A stretch of 64,000 nt of DNA from positions 5,706,001 to 5,770,000 of the forward strand of contig CM075998.1 in NCBI GenBank assembly GCA_038087875.1, written 5' to 3'. Below, piece after piece: positions 25,006 to 38,300 of the stretch (its first letter is position 1; each line of letters opens with the position of its first letter). The notes beneath the pieces are model-generated. The model was given only the letters and a program-made list of their open reading frames with translations, was not told the origin of the DNA and did no database searches. The DNA comes from Malacoraja senta. Lineage: Eukaryota. A program made the translations under genes and the position numbers.

Positions 25006-27540
25006 TTGAGTTGGATAAAATACGTCCTTCATATTACCCAAACGAGTAGATTGCTATTGATGGGGGGTTTGAGAAGATTCACACAGTCAACATGTGAATG
25101 AAACCACTGAGGGAACTATGTACAATTTATTTTCGTTCACGGATGTTGCTGGTGAGGCCAAAATGGTGATGACCTGCCTCCTTGAAGTGCTGCAGTGGAT
25201 ATGGTCATGATGCTTCCACAATGCAGTTAGGTAAGGCATTTTGGGAATTGGAGCCATTGACAATGAAATAAATATCAATATATTTCCAGGTGATTGTGTT
25301 GAGCGCCTTTTAGGATATTTGACTGCGGTGGTGCTTCTTTGCACCTGCTACCCTGGTGTGACTACGTGATAGTCAAGGTGAGTTGCAGCACGAGAAGTGC
25401 TTTGTGGGCTGACAAACGGCAAGTTAGATTCACACCACAAGTGCCATCTAATTGTCTGTCTTCAACAAGAGTGTGTCTAATCACCTTCCCTTGTTCAGTG
25501 GTATTACGATTCCCTTATCTCCACCATTCTGGAGTCACCATTGACTTTCGAGTTAATTGGGCCACTCACAGTGCTTCAAGTGCAAGGGAAAAGTAGAGAC
25601 TGTGTTCTGGAGGGTGTGACTAATTTCCTGACTCCCTGAAGGTTTACCATCATCTATAATATAAGGCATTTGCAAGATGCAAAACATATGACTCATCTCA
25701 CCACCCGTGTACTGTGTTTGTGTTAGGTACCACCCGCCAAATCCTCTGCAATAACATGCCAAGACTCCTTTCGCAGCACTTCCCAAACCCTTGATGTCAG
25801 CGAGCTAGAAGAACACCTGCACGTTGCCTTCCAAGCCATTCACCAGCATGACATGAATTGGAAATATATCCACTGTTCATTCAGTAATCCTCAGTCAAAA
25901 TCCTGGAATTCCCTACCAAACAAAACATATAAGTTTCTATTAACACATGGACTGTGGTATTTCAAGAAAATGATTCATCACCATTTTCTCCATAAGTTAC
26001 TGCTCTTTTTTTTTCATTATTTGTGCTTCTATGCAAGTTGAATGCCATGTGTCAATTAGTTTTTATTTAAGTTGGTTATAGAACTTGCAAATGTCTCACA
26101 AAAAACATTTCCTAGTAAGTAATAGTGGGAAGAACTATTCTGAAAGTATTGCATTTCATATATCATGCTCTGCAGTTTGATAAGAAGTTGCAAAATACTC
26201 TATTATTGCATGTGTAGGAAGGAACTGCAGATGCTCGTTTACACCAAAGATTGATACAAAAATCTGGAGTAACTCAGCAGGTCAGGCAGCATCTCTGGAG
26301 GGAAGAAATTGCACTCTAGCTATAAAAACATGACGGTCTGCAGCTATCGATGCAGGCTCCATTGTATCAGAAGGAAAAGCAATGTAACCTACTGTTGCAG
26401 TGTTAAATAATATGAATGAATTGCAATTATAAACCAAATACCACTTTTTGAAGCAAAATTTTTGTTCAATTGAGAATTACAAGTCTGAAATCTATTGTTA
26501 AATCATTTGAGAATGTAAACAAAAATAAGGAGAATGGAAACACTTGATTTGTCATGATATTTTCTTCACTATATTTTAAAAAAACTGGACAAACTTGTGG
26601 GGCCGATCAGGCTAAACATTCTTTCCCCGCTTCAGCTTTTAACTCAGTTGCAGTTTGTAAAATATTTTATTCCTGCCTTCCCCCAAACTCAAATTGTCTC
26701 TTCATCTTGTCTAAATTCCATGACTCGTGCTGTACTACAGTTCCTTGGAGATCCACGACCTTCTTGTACCTTTGCTGTGTGTGAATTTAATAATGAAAGC
26801 TCAGAGGCAATTTTGTTGCAGAAAACATCAAAAACCATGCACAGCTTTGCGCTTCACAGGCTCGTATGTTGACCTTTTGCAAAAATCGTTGTGAATATGT
26901 TTTTTCTCGACGCCAAGATCAACCAGCTGTGCAGGTTCTTGGTTGTATGGTTCAGGAGCCGATCTGATATTCTATATTGTATGCCGAGGCGTTTCCCAAG
27001 TAATTTATTTCACCCTAAAAGTTGTTCAAACCAGGCAGAATATGCCTGGTTTGTCCCTAGTTAGTAAAATACATTTGTCACAGGTAAAATTGCTCTCTGA
27101 ATTCAAACTGCTAGATAGTAGATTTGATTTTGCATTTTGTTCAATGTAAAAAGAAAATCCCATTCAGTATATTTTAAATATCAAGTTAATAAAATATTTT
27201 TGATGCTGGAGTATTAAAATACATTTCACTGGATGCTGCAGAAAAATGCACTGAGGTTGTGAATTTATGGGGAGATGGCAGGAGAATGGGGTTAGGAGAG
27301 AGATAGATCAGCCATGATTGAATGGTGGAGTAGACTTAATGGGCCAAATGGCCTAATTCTGCTCCTACCACATGACTTATGAAGTGCATTTAATCCATGC
27401 CCATTTAACCTTAGCACACCAACACAGAGTCCAGTATCATGGTGGCTTGAATTGATTGAATTGAGTTGAATTGAATTGAATACTTTATTGTCACATGTGA
27501 CAAGTCACAGTGAAATTCTTTGCTTGCGTACCCAAGGTAT

Positions 27541-27594
27541 GGGGTGGGAGATTTCAACCTTCACGTGGTCCGCCCTGTTTCAACGAATGCAATC
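27541..27594 (+). ncRNA. Minimal HDV-like (CPEB3-type) self-cleaving ribozyme motif
   Basis: P1 GGGGUGG/CCGCCCU with a G1.U wobble, P2 GAUUUCA/UGCAAUC, P3 ACC/GGU, L3 UUCACGU, J4/2 CGAA, and a vestigial P4. Confidence 0.8.
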
Positions 27595-27681
27595 AACCTG
27601 GCATGCACAATCAAATAAGATCAAATAGAACAAGTTGTCCTAGAACTTTAAGCTGTGCACGCCATATGCAAGAAGAAGAAG
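27541..27681 (+). mobile_element. 141-bp non-autonomous Vingi-tailed retroposon
   Basis: 10-bp TSD ACCCAAGGTA at 27530-27539 and 27682-27691. The 3' end CTAGAACTTTAAGCTGTGCACGCCATATGC(AAG)n matches the Vingi-like LINE tail at 46163-46212. Confidence 0.85.
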
Positions 27682-28304
27682 ACCCAAGGTAAATGTAAAG
27701 GGCGCAAATGTAAATGTAAAGGACTTTGTAACAAAGTTACAAAGTCCTCCTTTATTCTCACACCGTCCCACCTCCCTCACAGCGGTTCCCCCACGCCAGA
27801 TCCTCCATTGTTCACCCCACCCTCCTCCAAATAATTAAAGTTAGCCTGTGTTGATTAAAGCTAATCCTGCAATGAATTGGATGCATTGATGCTGAAGCAG
27901 GTGGTGGAAGTCATTCCAGAGACCATTGTACCCGATGAAGATAATTTTTTGAATCTGGTGTTATCTGATGTAAATGGCTTTTGCTTCTTCTCCAGTGCCT
28001 CAATATCTTTCCTTTAATGTAATGCTGGAAAGGGTGATGCCCATGTACTTCTGTGACCGTTAGCATTGCCTGTCCCTGAGCTCAATCGGGGCACTGCGCA
28101 GCTCTGACATGTGATCTGGAATTTGGTCACTAGAGTCCTGGGAACTTTTACTAAATTACCAGAGATTCATGATCAAATCCAGGACAACCTCAAGTTTTCA
28201 GAAGCTTAGTTGATTTATTTATCCTGCCCAGCCATGTTATGGCATGTTGTGACTCCCTTCAATGTTCAATCTGAAACTAACTAATTGCACTTGAACCAGG
28301 AGCC

Positions 28305-28665
28305 TATCGAATAATGAAAGTCCTAGATAGAGTGGATGTGGAGAGGATGCTTCCATTAGTGGGAGAGTCTAGGACCAGAGGCCATAGCTCAGAATAAAAG
28401 GACATAGCTTTGGAGATGAGGAGGAATTTCTTTAGTCGTAGGGTGGTGAATCTGTGGAATTCATTGCCACAGAAGGCTGAGGAGGCCAATGGAAAATTTT
28501 AAGGTGGAGATTGATAGATTCTTGATTAGTACGGGTGTCAAGGGTTATGGGGAAAAGGCAGGAGAATGGAGTTGAAAGGGAAAGCTAGATCAACCATGAT
28601 TGAATGGTGAAGTAGATTTGACAGGCCGAATGGCCTAATTCTGCTCCTATAACATGAATTTATGA
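28305..28665 (+). mobile_element. CR1 3' fragment
   Basis: ESRTRGHS..RVVNLWNSLPQKA coding and a CR1 3' UTR. Confidence 0.8.
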
Positions 28666-28964
28666 GCTTCATCATCTGTGATGAGTTAAAGCCATAAACC
28701 TTGGAAGAGTGAAATATATTTCAGCAAGGAAGCAAAAGGAGAGGGAAGGATTGATACAATCTACAATTGCTGCAACGGAGAAGACCTGCTGCAAAAGGCA
28801 GACAACTGGGAGGATGTTTACTGGCCATGTACAAAGTCAATAGAGTCACAAACAAAAGTTTCCTGAGAATGTTGCTGAGTGGCAGAGTGGTTATGGAGTC
28901 ATAGAACTAGATAGTATGGAAAAAACATTTCAGCCCAACTCATCCATGTTGACCAAGTTGGAGT

Positions 28965-29910
28965 GGGAGTGGCGGCGCCTAACGGCAGCGGCTCAACTAC
29001 AGTCGTCCGTCTTTTTTATTTATTTTTGTCTTGTTAAATGTATGTCTTGAGCTTAGTTTTTATTATTTTTTAGCTGTGTCTATGTGGGGGGTGGAGGGGG
29101 GGATGTTGGGGAAACCGTTAATCTCTTCCCTGTACGGGGACCCGACTTTTTCCCTGTCGGATCTCCGATGTCGTTGGGCCTAACATTGTGGAGCCAGCGG
29201 CGGCCTCCGGCCGGGACCAACCTGAGGGCTCCAGTCGCGGAGCCTGGGACCTGACATCGCGGAGCTGGCCGGCTTTGGAGCGGGGAGAGCTGTGGTGGCG
29301 CTCGGCTGCGACCCGACTTTGGAGTTTCGGAAGCTCCGGTTGCGGGCCCGGTGGACAGGAACATCGGGAGCTCCAGGTCCCTGGTGGGAGCCGGCTTTTC
29401 GGAGCTCCCGCAATGGCAACTTCTCCCGCTGGAATCGCAAGGTTTGGAGGACATGGAGCGAGGCCTAAGATCGCCCAGCGCGGGTTAGCGGCCACGGGAC
29501 TTACCATCGTCTGCCGGGGGCTTTAACATCGGAGCCCCAGTTCGCCTAGACGCTGCAGTTGGACTGCGGGTTGGACTGCTTGAACCGCGGGGTTTGAAGG
29601 ACACGGAGCCGGGGCCTGGCATCGCCCGGCGTGGCTAAATGGCCACAGGACTTACCATCGTCCGCCGGGAGCTTTAACACCGGAGCCCCAGTTCGCCTAG
29701 ACGCTGCAGTTGGACTGCTGGACCGCGGGTGAAGAATAAAGGGAAGAGATAAGACTTTGCCTTCCATCACAGTGAGGAGGTGTTGGAGACTCACTGTGAT
29801 GGATGTTTATGTAAACTGTGTTAAGTGTGGGTCTTGGTTTTTTTTGTAATGTAAAAAAAAAACTGTAGTAATGATATTTTGTTCAAGCCTAGGTTTGAAT
29901 GACAATAAAT
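28965..29910 (+). mobile_element. GC-rich SINE-like retroposon related to 831-1520
   Basis: Shared architecture: T-rich then G-rich 5' part, GGCCTAACAT..GGAGC, the GCCTTCCATCACAGTGAGG hairpin and a TGACAATAAA tail. Internal duplication at 29492-29567 and 29644-29718. Confidence 0.7.
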
Positions 29911-30869
29911 AGCAGTCTAAAAAAAGTTGGCATTCTGGGCTAATTCCATTTTTCCTCTACTCCCTTCCAATCCATATATCTGTCCAAATGTTCAGAAGAT
30001 GGTACACAGCTCAAGCAACTCCGATTCTATTTGCCACTGGTGCTGTCTGTGTGGACTCTGTGCGTTCTTCCTGCAACCATGTGGGTCTGCCCAAGGTGCT
30101 CTAGTTTCTCTCCACATCCCAAAGACTTGTTGGTTTGTAAGTAAATTGTCCACTGTGAATTATAGAAGAATCGGGCGAGAAGTGATGGGCATATGGGAGA
30201 ATACAGGGAAATAAGTGGAGGAATGGGACTGATAACTCTGCGGTTTGACATCGAGTCAGTAGGCTGAATGACCCCTTTCTATGTTGTTAGAAAATACAAG
30301 AATTTGAGTACATGACATACATAAACAAAGTCTTGAGTCAACTTGCGTATGCCAGACTGAGGCATCTCCACAATAACTGCATTGTTTGTTACAAATATAT
30401 TCCCTTCATTTTCTCCAGTCAAAATTTCCATGTGAGCTTTGCATGATGCAATGACAAAACCTCCCTTTTATACAGAGGAAGGAGTGCGAAAGTGGAAATG
30501 TTATAAATTTTACAAGAGGGAGAGAAAATATAATAAGAATTTAATTTCCTAAGTAGATTTCTCAAAATCCAACTTCTTTGATGCGTAAGCTGCGGGGAGA
30601 AAAGATTGTCCAACTAATCCACAGTGCTGAAGATGTGTGCTTGCATTTAAAGTTATCATTATCTTGATAAGAAAATTGGCAAACGAAGTTAAATAAAGCG
30701 AATTTCATTGAGCCCATATCCTTTAGGCTCAGCTACAGAATGTGTTCGAAAATGTTAATTCTGTGCATAATATAATGCTTGCATGTTGCAATGGCAGTAA
30801 ACTGTTGTTGCACAAACTAGGGCTCCTTGGCTCAAAGTAAATTCACTCCAAAAACTCTTACGTTTTTGG

Positions 30870-31120
30870 TTTTAGTTTTCGAGATACAGCGTAGAACCAG
30901 GCCCTTCGGCCCACCGTTCACACAAGTTCCATCCTACACCCCAGGGACAATTTACAGAAGCCAATTAGTCTACAATCCTGCATGTCTTTGGAGTGTGGGA
31001 GGGAGCAAGGGCACTCACCTGGTCACGGGGAGAATGTGCAAACTCTACACAGACAGCACCCATAGTCAGGATCGAACCCGGGTCGCTGGTGTTCTAAGAC
31101 AACAATTCTAAGCCACCGTG
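30870..31120 (-). mobile_element. HE1-type SINE (internally deleted)
   Basis: Reverse HE1 motifs (CAGCACCCATAGTCAGGATCGAACCCGGGTC). Confidence 0.75.
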
Positions 31121-31196
31121 CTGGTATGATGCTGGATGGTTATTCTGGGATTGTGCTCACCAGGACCCTCCAATACTGACCCCAAGGTCAAAGATA

Positions 31197-31500
31197 AAGA
31201 AAGAAAAAGACTTGCATTTCTGTGGGACATTTCACCGACTCAGGACATTGCAAAATGTTTCACTTCTAATGAAATACAATTGAAGTGTAGCCAGTTAATA
31301 TACAGCAAGCTACCGCAAACAGTAATGTCTGATGACCAGGTAATCTGCTTTAGTGACATAAATAGAGGGATAAATTCACCAGATGTTCAAAATGGTACCA
31401 TGTAGTATTTTAGGCTACATGAAAGCAGATATGGCCTCTGTTTAAGGGCCCATTTGAAAGTCAGCACCTCCAGTAGAATAAAACTTGCTCAGTGCAGTAT
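31197..31500 (-). mobile_element. Ancient Deu-domain SINE (SacSINE1/AmnSINE1-like)
   Basis: Reverse strand reads GGAGGTGCTGACTTTCAAATGG..TTAAACAGAGGCC..ATTTATCCCTC..CAGATTACCTGGTCATC..AAATGCAAGTCTTTTTCTTT, matching the Deu-domain and L2-type tail as I recall them. Confidence 0.7.
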
Positions 31501-31794
31501 TGGGATCTTGTGCTCACAACCTGGTGAGATGCTACCTCCCTGGTAGTCAGCAGCCTTCTGTAGACAGAAATGGCACAGCAGCCATTGAGGTGTGGTATTT
31601 GTCTTGTTCTGCCAGGCCACAGCAGTAACCATGTTCATTGTCCCCTTTAAATTCAGCACCCTGTGCAATTGGGGAGTCATCAGATTATTTTAACATTAGA
31701 AATATTACTTTTAGAATCCAGGTTACTTCACCTAAATCCCACAACCCCGAGGAGTCGCATTTCACTCATCAGGAGTCCGACTGTATGTTTTAGT

Positions 31795-32085
31795 ATAGTT
31801 TAGTTTAGAGATAGAGCTCGAAAACAGGTCCTTTGGCCCACCAAGTCCATGCCGACCAGCGATCCACGCACACTAACACTATCCTACACACTAGGGACAA
31901 TTTACAATTATACCAAGTCAATCAACCAGCAAACCTGCACATCTTTGGAGTGTAGAAGGAAACCGGAGATCCTGGGGAAAAACCACGCATGCACAGGGAA
32001 AATGTACAAACTCCATACACCCGTTGTCCAGATTGAACCTGGGTCTCTGGTGCTGTAAGGCAGCAACTCTACTGCTGTGCCTCCG
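31795..32085 (-). mobile_element. HE1-type SINE
   Basis: Reverse HE1 head, body and (TTTAG)n tail. Confidence 0.85.
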
Positions 32086-34105
32086 TGCTATCCTTTGACT
32101 TGTTCTATGCCAGTTTTCAGCACCAAACCAGCTCACACTGCATCAGGGATAGCAGGTTAGGGAGCACAGGAATGCTTAATATTTGGCATTTGCTGGCAGG
32201 ATTGCCATCCGTTAAAAGAAGTGGAAAGCTGGCACAACTGTGAGCCTGTTCTCTTCCCTGATGAGATCCATCAGTTTAATTCTGAAAATGTAGTGGGTAA
32301 TCAGCTGAATCTCCAGAAACATCAGTAACTGAAGAGGAAGTGGCCTGAAAATAGTCTGGTAAGAATAGTGACAATTTGGAAAGCTGATCTTTTGGGATTG
32401 GAGTACACTGACAGAAATCCATATTCCACGTTGTGTCCTTGTAGATCTTTCAATATAGACAGAGCTATAATCAGTTGAGTGCATCATGATCATTCAAAGT
32501 ACTTTTGCATTTAAATATCTTTTCACTTGCGTTTGATGTAAAGTTAGTTCTGATTTCGCAAAGTAATTTTTGTTTCTGATTTAAGCAAATAGAACTAGTT
32601 AAACAATGTTGGAATTGGGGCTAAAGGATAAATTCTGAGATAAATTGAAGCTAATAATGTAGGGCATTAACTGTCAGAACTCTTACATAGACAGGGAAGT
32701 CAGTGCGCCTTCCTGAGCACAGAGCAAAGGCTAACCCCACAGGCAATCAGTAATCCAATAAGGGGCAGATAATGCCCGGAGCTAAGATTAGTGGAATGAA
32801 GAGGATACATCTGGATACCCTGGAGATAGGATTGAATCTTTGGCTTCACAGAGCTCTCAATTTTATTTACTCCTGAAGTCAGAAAAGTCAGTGCACTACC
32901 CTTGGTGACTTTGTTCAAGCCAGCAAAACCCTATAATAGCTTCGGAACTGCTCAAGAAATCAACACCAATCTGCAATCTAAATGAAAGACCAATTCAAAT
33001 ATAGGGAATCATACAGGCAATAGTTTACGACGACTTTATTTCTAACATTCTTCAGGATAGTAAATAATTCAGGGAGTTGCATAGTAGATAAAACAACTCG
33101 GGAGCTGGCACTGCTGAGCTGTTAACAACATCGTTGCCAGCAAATCTCTTTTTATTTTACAGGAAAATCTGAGATTAAATGCATAGCCCCTCCAGCATGT
33201 CAGCATGGTGGAGCAGTGTGAAGGACCATTAGCAAGATAATAAGATAGCCCTGCTGTGAGCTTGAGAAATAGGCCAGGTGATAAAAAGGCAAGAAGGATG
33301 AAACAACCGGAAAGAAATTTAATGAAAAGGCATCCAGTCAGATCAGAATGAGATCCCTGGGTCTAAAGTCCCATGTAAATTTGATAGGTTGTTATTTGAA
33401 CGTGGAACATCTAGTAAGTATCACAGCGAGGAACAGCTTTCAACTCAGAATTTCATATCTATATACTGTTCATCTCCAATGAAAATGATGAAAGAATGGA
33501 CAGCGATTATATGGCGGGGAAATGGGTCCAGGAAATTTAACGTTAGCAAACTTGGGTTAGCTTTTGGAGACAAAAGGAACTGCAGATGCTGGTTTACACA
33601 AAAAGTGTAAAAGTGCTGGAATAACTCAACGAGTGCTGGAATAACTCAAGCAGCGTCTCTGGAGAACATGGATAGGTGAAGTTTCAGGTCGAGACACTTA
33701 TTCAGACTAACCCGAAACGTCACCTATCCATGTCCTCCAGAGATGCTGCCTGACTGCTGAGTTACTCCAGCACTTTGAGTCTTTTTTAAAGTTAGCATTT
33801 GCCAGGAAGGAAGAGACCTCACAGGGTCTGATTGAGCCAACCTAACAAAAGGAATATTGATAAGCAGCAGAGTCTTATCCTGACTCTTGACTTTTAGCAA
33901 AAGTGAACAGTTCCACTGTCAGGAATTTTTTAGAAAATATGCATCTTGATTTAATTTCTAATGGATTGACATTGAGGATAGTTTGACTGATAGACCAACT
34001 CCTCCATTCTGTATTATAAACCAAGTTAACACTGCTGTGGGATAACACAATGCTGTCAAAACATGGGGGAAATAGTCCTGGAAGTCAGTATAGCTCCTTT
34101 AGTAA

Positions 34106-34852
34106 GACAATAGACAATAGACAATAGGTGCAGGAGTAGGCCATTTGGCCCTTCAATGTGATCATGGCTGACCATCCCCAATCAGTACCCCGTTCCTGCC
34201 TTCTCCCCATATCCCCTGACTCCGCTATTTTTAAGAGCCCTATCTAGCTCTCTCTTGAAAGCATCCACAGAACCTGCCTCCACCGCCCTCTGAGGCAGAG
34301 AATTCCACAGACTCACCACTCTCTGTGAGAAAAAGTGTTTCCTCGTCTCCGTTCTAAATGGCTTACTCCTTCTTCTTAAACTGTGGCCCCTGGTTCTGGA
34401 CTCCCCAACATCGGGAACATGTTTCCTGCCTCTAGTGTGTCCAAGCCCTTAACAATCTTATATGTTTCAATGAGATCCCCTCTCATCCTTCTAAACTCCA
34501 GAGTGTACAAGCCCAGCTGCTCCATTCTCTCAGCATATGACAGTCCCGCCATCCCGGGAATTAACCTTGCAAACCTACGCTGCACGCCCTTAATAGCAAG
34601 AATGTCCTTCCTCAAATTAGGGGACCAAAACTGCACACAATACTCCAGGTGTGGTCTCACCAGGGCTCTGTGCAACTGCAGAAGGACCTCTTTGCTCCTA
34701 TATTCGATTCCTCTTTTTATAAAGGCCAACATGCCATTCGCTTTCTTCACTGCCTGTTGTACCTGCATGCTTGCTTTCATAGACTGATGTACAAGGACCC
34801 CCAGATCCCGTTGTACTTCCCCTTTTCCCAACTTGACGCCATTTAGATAGTA
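34106..34852 (-). mobile_element. CR1 3' fragment, same subfamily as 10776-11642
   Basis: ORF GKGEVQRDLGVLVHQSMK...LEAGNMFPMLG and a (GACAATA)n tail. Confidence 0.9.
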
Positions 34853-35395
34853 AGCTTTTAAAAATAAATGGAATTCAATTTAAATGCCAAGGCTAGATTC
34901 CTGATTTTGTCCCAAAACATCAGGCTCTATTCATTTGGCACAAATAACTTAAAAAGATCCTGAATTATCCAAGACATAATAATTGCATTGGTCCAGATGT
35001 AAATTATTATAACTTCCACATACCTCATGAGCTGTAGTTAAAGAAATGAATCTGCTGTTGGACTCGCTAACAGTTTAGTGCGGCTGTAGATAATGTTGGC
35101 TTAATCCACCTGTTGGTGCAATGCACTCAAATTAGCTTTGTCAGGCCAATAGATATGGCCATGATAATTATGGTAGTCAAGCAGATGGAAGCAGAGGTTA
35201 GGTTAGTCTCACATATATAATGGGGCAGAGTGAAAGATGCCTCAATGACACTGCATAGTAACTCTGTAAGTATGGTAAGCAGCTCAGAGCTGGAGGCCAC
35301 ACCTGGCAGGAGCGTGATAACCCTGATCACTAATGACCTTGTCAGATCCCTAAAACATGCCTGCATAATGATGGATTGATACAAATACATCTATA

Positions 35396-38300
35396 GATGC
35401 TCCTGAACACATCATCAGTGATGTAACCTGGGGTTATTGGGTGTTTCGGGTCTTTCAACATCAGACACCCTCACCCAGGCGACCCAGCCGTGGTTGATCA
35501 GACCACGACTTGTGTTCAGGTGGCATTCTCTCCTCCCCATGGACCTTCTCTCCTGATCCAGAGCCATCTCGAGGCCTTCTCCGCTGCCTCTGTGGTGTTC
35601 TTGATGGCTCTTCTCCTCACCACTCCGTTGATGCCCAGTGCACTCAAGGCTTTGTAGAGCGATTGCCCTGCAAAACCTCTGCAGCCAACCTCGATGGGCA
35701 TACACCTTGCCTTCCAGCCCTGCATACGGCAGTCTATGACCAGCTCTTCGTACTTGGTCATCTTCCTCTCGTGGGCCTCCTCCAGACGGTCCTCCCACGG
35801 CACTGTCAGTTCCAACAAGACGATGTTTTTGGTCGCCTCTGAGACCAGGAGGATATCTGGCCTCAGGGTGGTTGTGGCAATGTGCGGTGGGAACTTCAGC
35901 TGTTTCACCAGGTCTACAGAAAGCTGCCAGTCCTGCGCAGTCGCCAGGATGTCTGACAGATTCCTGGCGGCTGTGGTTCTTGGCAGCTGCACCGGCCTTC
36001 ACAAAGGTGATCATCTGGGTGGTGGGGGGTGCTAGTCTGTAGCTGCTGATTCCCATGCTGATGGCTTCTGCAATGGGTTTAAGAACCTGGTCGTGACGCC
36101 AGGTGTACCGGCCCTGCCCAAGAGCCTTTGGGCAGCAGCTCAGGATGTGTTCTTGCCTGAGCATTGCGGGCAATCTGGAGATTCCACTTTGCCCCAGATG
36201 AAGAGGTTCGATGTGCTGGGCAGGACATCATACACTGCCTGGACCAGGAACTTGATGCGCTGTGGTTTAGCCTGCCAGAGCTCAGTCCATGTGACTTTTT
36301 GGTCCATGGCCTGCTCCCACCTTGTCCAGGCTCCCTGCTGCCTCAATCCAACTGCTCTGGTACTCCTCTCCTCCTCCACCACTGCCCTTACTTCCTCCTG
36401 GACCAGCCTGCGCCTCTCCTTCCCCTTGGCCTTGTCAAACTGGGGAGTTGGGATGATTCCCAGACTAGCTCTTCCCCGAGTCACTGCTCCCACCAGGACT
36501 CTGTGGCGTATCCGAGACTCCGCTTGCAGCACGGCTTCGCCGGCTCTCCACTTCCTCCCAGTTTTCACCTCCACCCCTGCCTGAGCCACCTTGGGGTCGC
36601 TGGAGTCCCTGTACAGCATCACCTCTCTGGCCCGAGTCACCTTAAACTCCTCCTCCAGGGACTTCAGGGGCAGTTGGAGCTTGGTGATATTTCCGTAAAA
36701 GGCGATGTTGCTAAGGCTTCTGGGCAGTCCCAGCCACCTTCTGAGAAAGCTGCTGACTTTCCTCTCCAATCTCTCTACGATGGATATTGGAACTTCGTAG
36801 ACAAGCAGTGGCCAGAGTATCCTTGGCAGGATACCATGCTGGTAAATCCATGCCTTGAACTTGCCTGGAAGCCCCGACCGGTCCACTGCTCTCAACCAAC
36901 TCTCCAGCTCCTGACAGGTTGCCTGGACTGATGCTGTATACTTCAGGCTGCTGTTAAACACCTTGCCAAGACTCTTCACTGGCCTTTTGGAGACAGTTGG
37001 GATTGGTGTCCCTTCGATGCTGAAGCAGAACCTGTCCATGACTTTGCCCTTCTTCAGCACCAGTGACCTTGATTTTCCTGGCTTAAACCTCATCCCTGCC
37101 CATCCAATCCGTTTCTCCAACCCCTGCAGGATCCACCTGCCTCCTGGCACTGACTCAGTGGTCACCGGCAGGTCGTCCATGAAGACTCTGATTGGTGGTT
37201 GGCGCACTCCTGACTTGGTCCGAGGGCCCTGGCACTCTGGCTCAGCAGAGTTGACGATCATGTTCATCGCCAAGGCAAAAAGGATCACAGAGATGGTACA
37301 GCCTGTGATGATCCCAACCTCCAGTCTGTGCCACTCTGATGTTAGTGACCCTGCTGGGACTCTCATGCTGAACTGGTTGTAATAGTCCAGGATGAGATCT
37401 GCCACTTGGCTCGGCACATGATGCTTGGCCATGACTGTCTGGATCAGCTTGGACGGGATGGAGCCGTAGGCATTGGCCAGGTCAAGCCAGAGCACTGTCA
37501 GGTTTCCCTCGTTCTCCCTGGCTTCTCTGATGAGCTGGGTCACTACTCCCGTGTGCTCTAGACACCCTGGCACTCCAGACAAGTCTCTCTTTTGCACTGA
37601 GCTGTCGATGTAGCCATTGCTGGAGAGGAAGTTGGTCAGCCGCCTCGCTACTATGCTGAAGAAAATCTTGCCTTCAACGCTTAGCAAGGAGATGATCCTG
37701 AACTGATCGATCTTCTTCCTTTGGGATCCAGACTCCTTCAGCGAATCGCCACTGCTGCGCCACTTTCCCTCTCCTCCAGATGACTTTCAGGATCTTCCAC
37801 AGCCGTTTCAGTAACAAGGGGCAGTTCTTGTAGACCCTGTAGGGGACTCTGCTCGGGCCAGGGGCTGAGCCAGATCTTGCTCTCTTCACAACGTCCTGGA
37901 CCTCTTTCAGGAGTGGCTCTCTACTATCAAACTCCTTGATGGGTGGAGGTGGTTTTATCAGGATGTTGCACTGGCCCAGCTCCTGCTGCCTGACGGGGTC
38001 ACTGTAGGTCGTCTGGATGTGCCGGTCGATATCCTCCTTAGAGCAAGCCAAACTCCCACTGCGCTTCTGCCCTAGTAGTTGTTTGGTGAAGCCGAAGGGG
38101 TTGGCTATGAAGGATGCTCGCTTCCTGGCTCTTTCCTTCCGGCGTCTTCGGTGCCACTCAGCTCTACGAAGGGTCATCAGCTTCTTCCTCAGGATGGTTC
38201 GCAGCTCAGCCAAGAGGGGACGTTGCTCTTCCCTGGCCTCTTTATACTGCTTCTTGAGGGACTTCAGCTTCTGCCGGATCTTGTGGATCTTTGTTGCTCG

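Noticed and set aside
29080..29794. GC-rich ORFs or a CpG-island gene (also 956-1283 and 24058-24611)
   Set aside because: They lie within repeated SINE-like elements with retroposon tails, and show no recognisable protein motifs.
35380..35400. TSD for the HERO element (ATACAT near both ends)
   Set aside because: Too short and AT-rich, and not flush with both ends, so not convincing.
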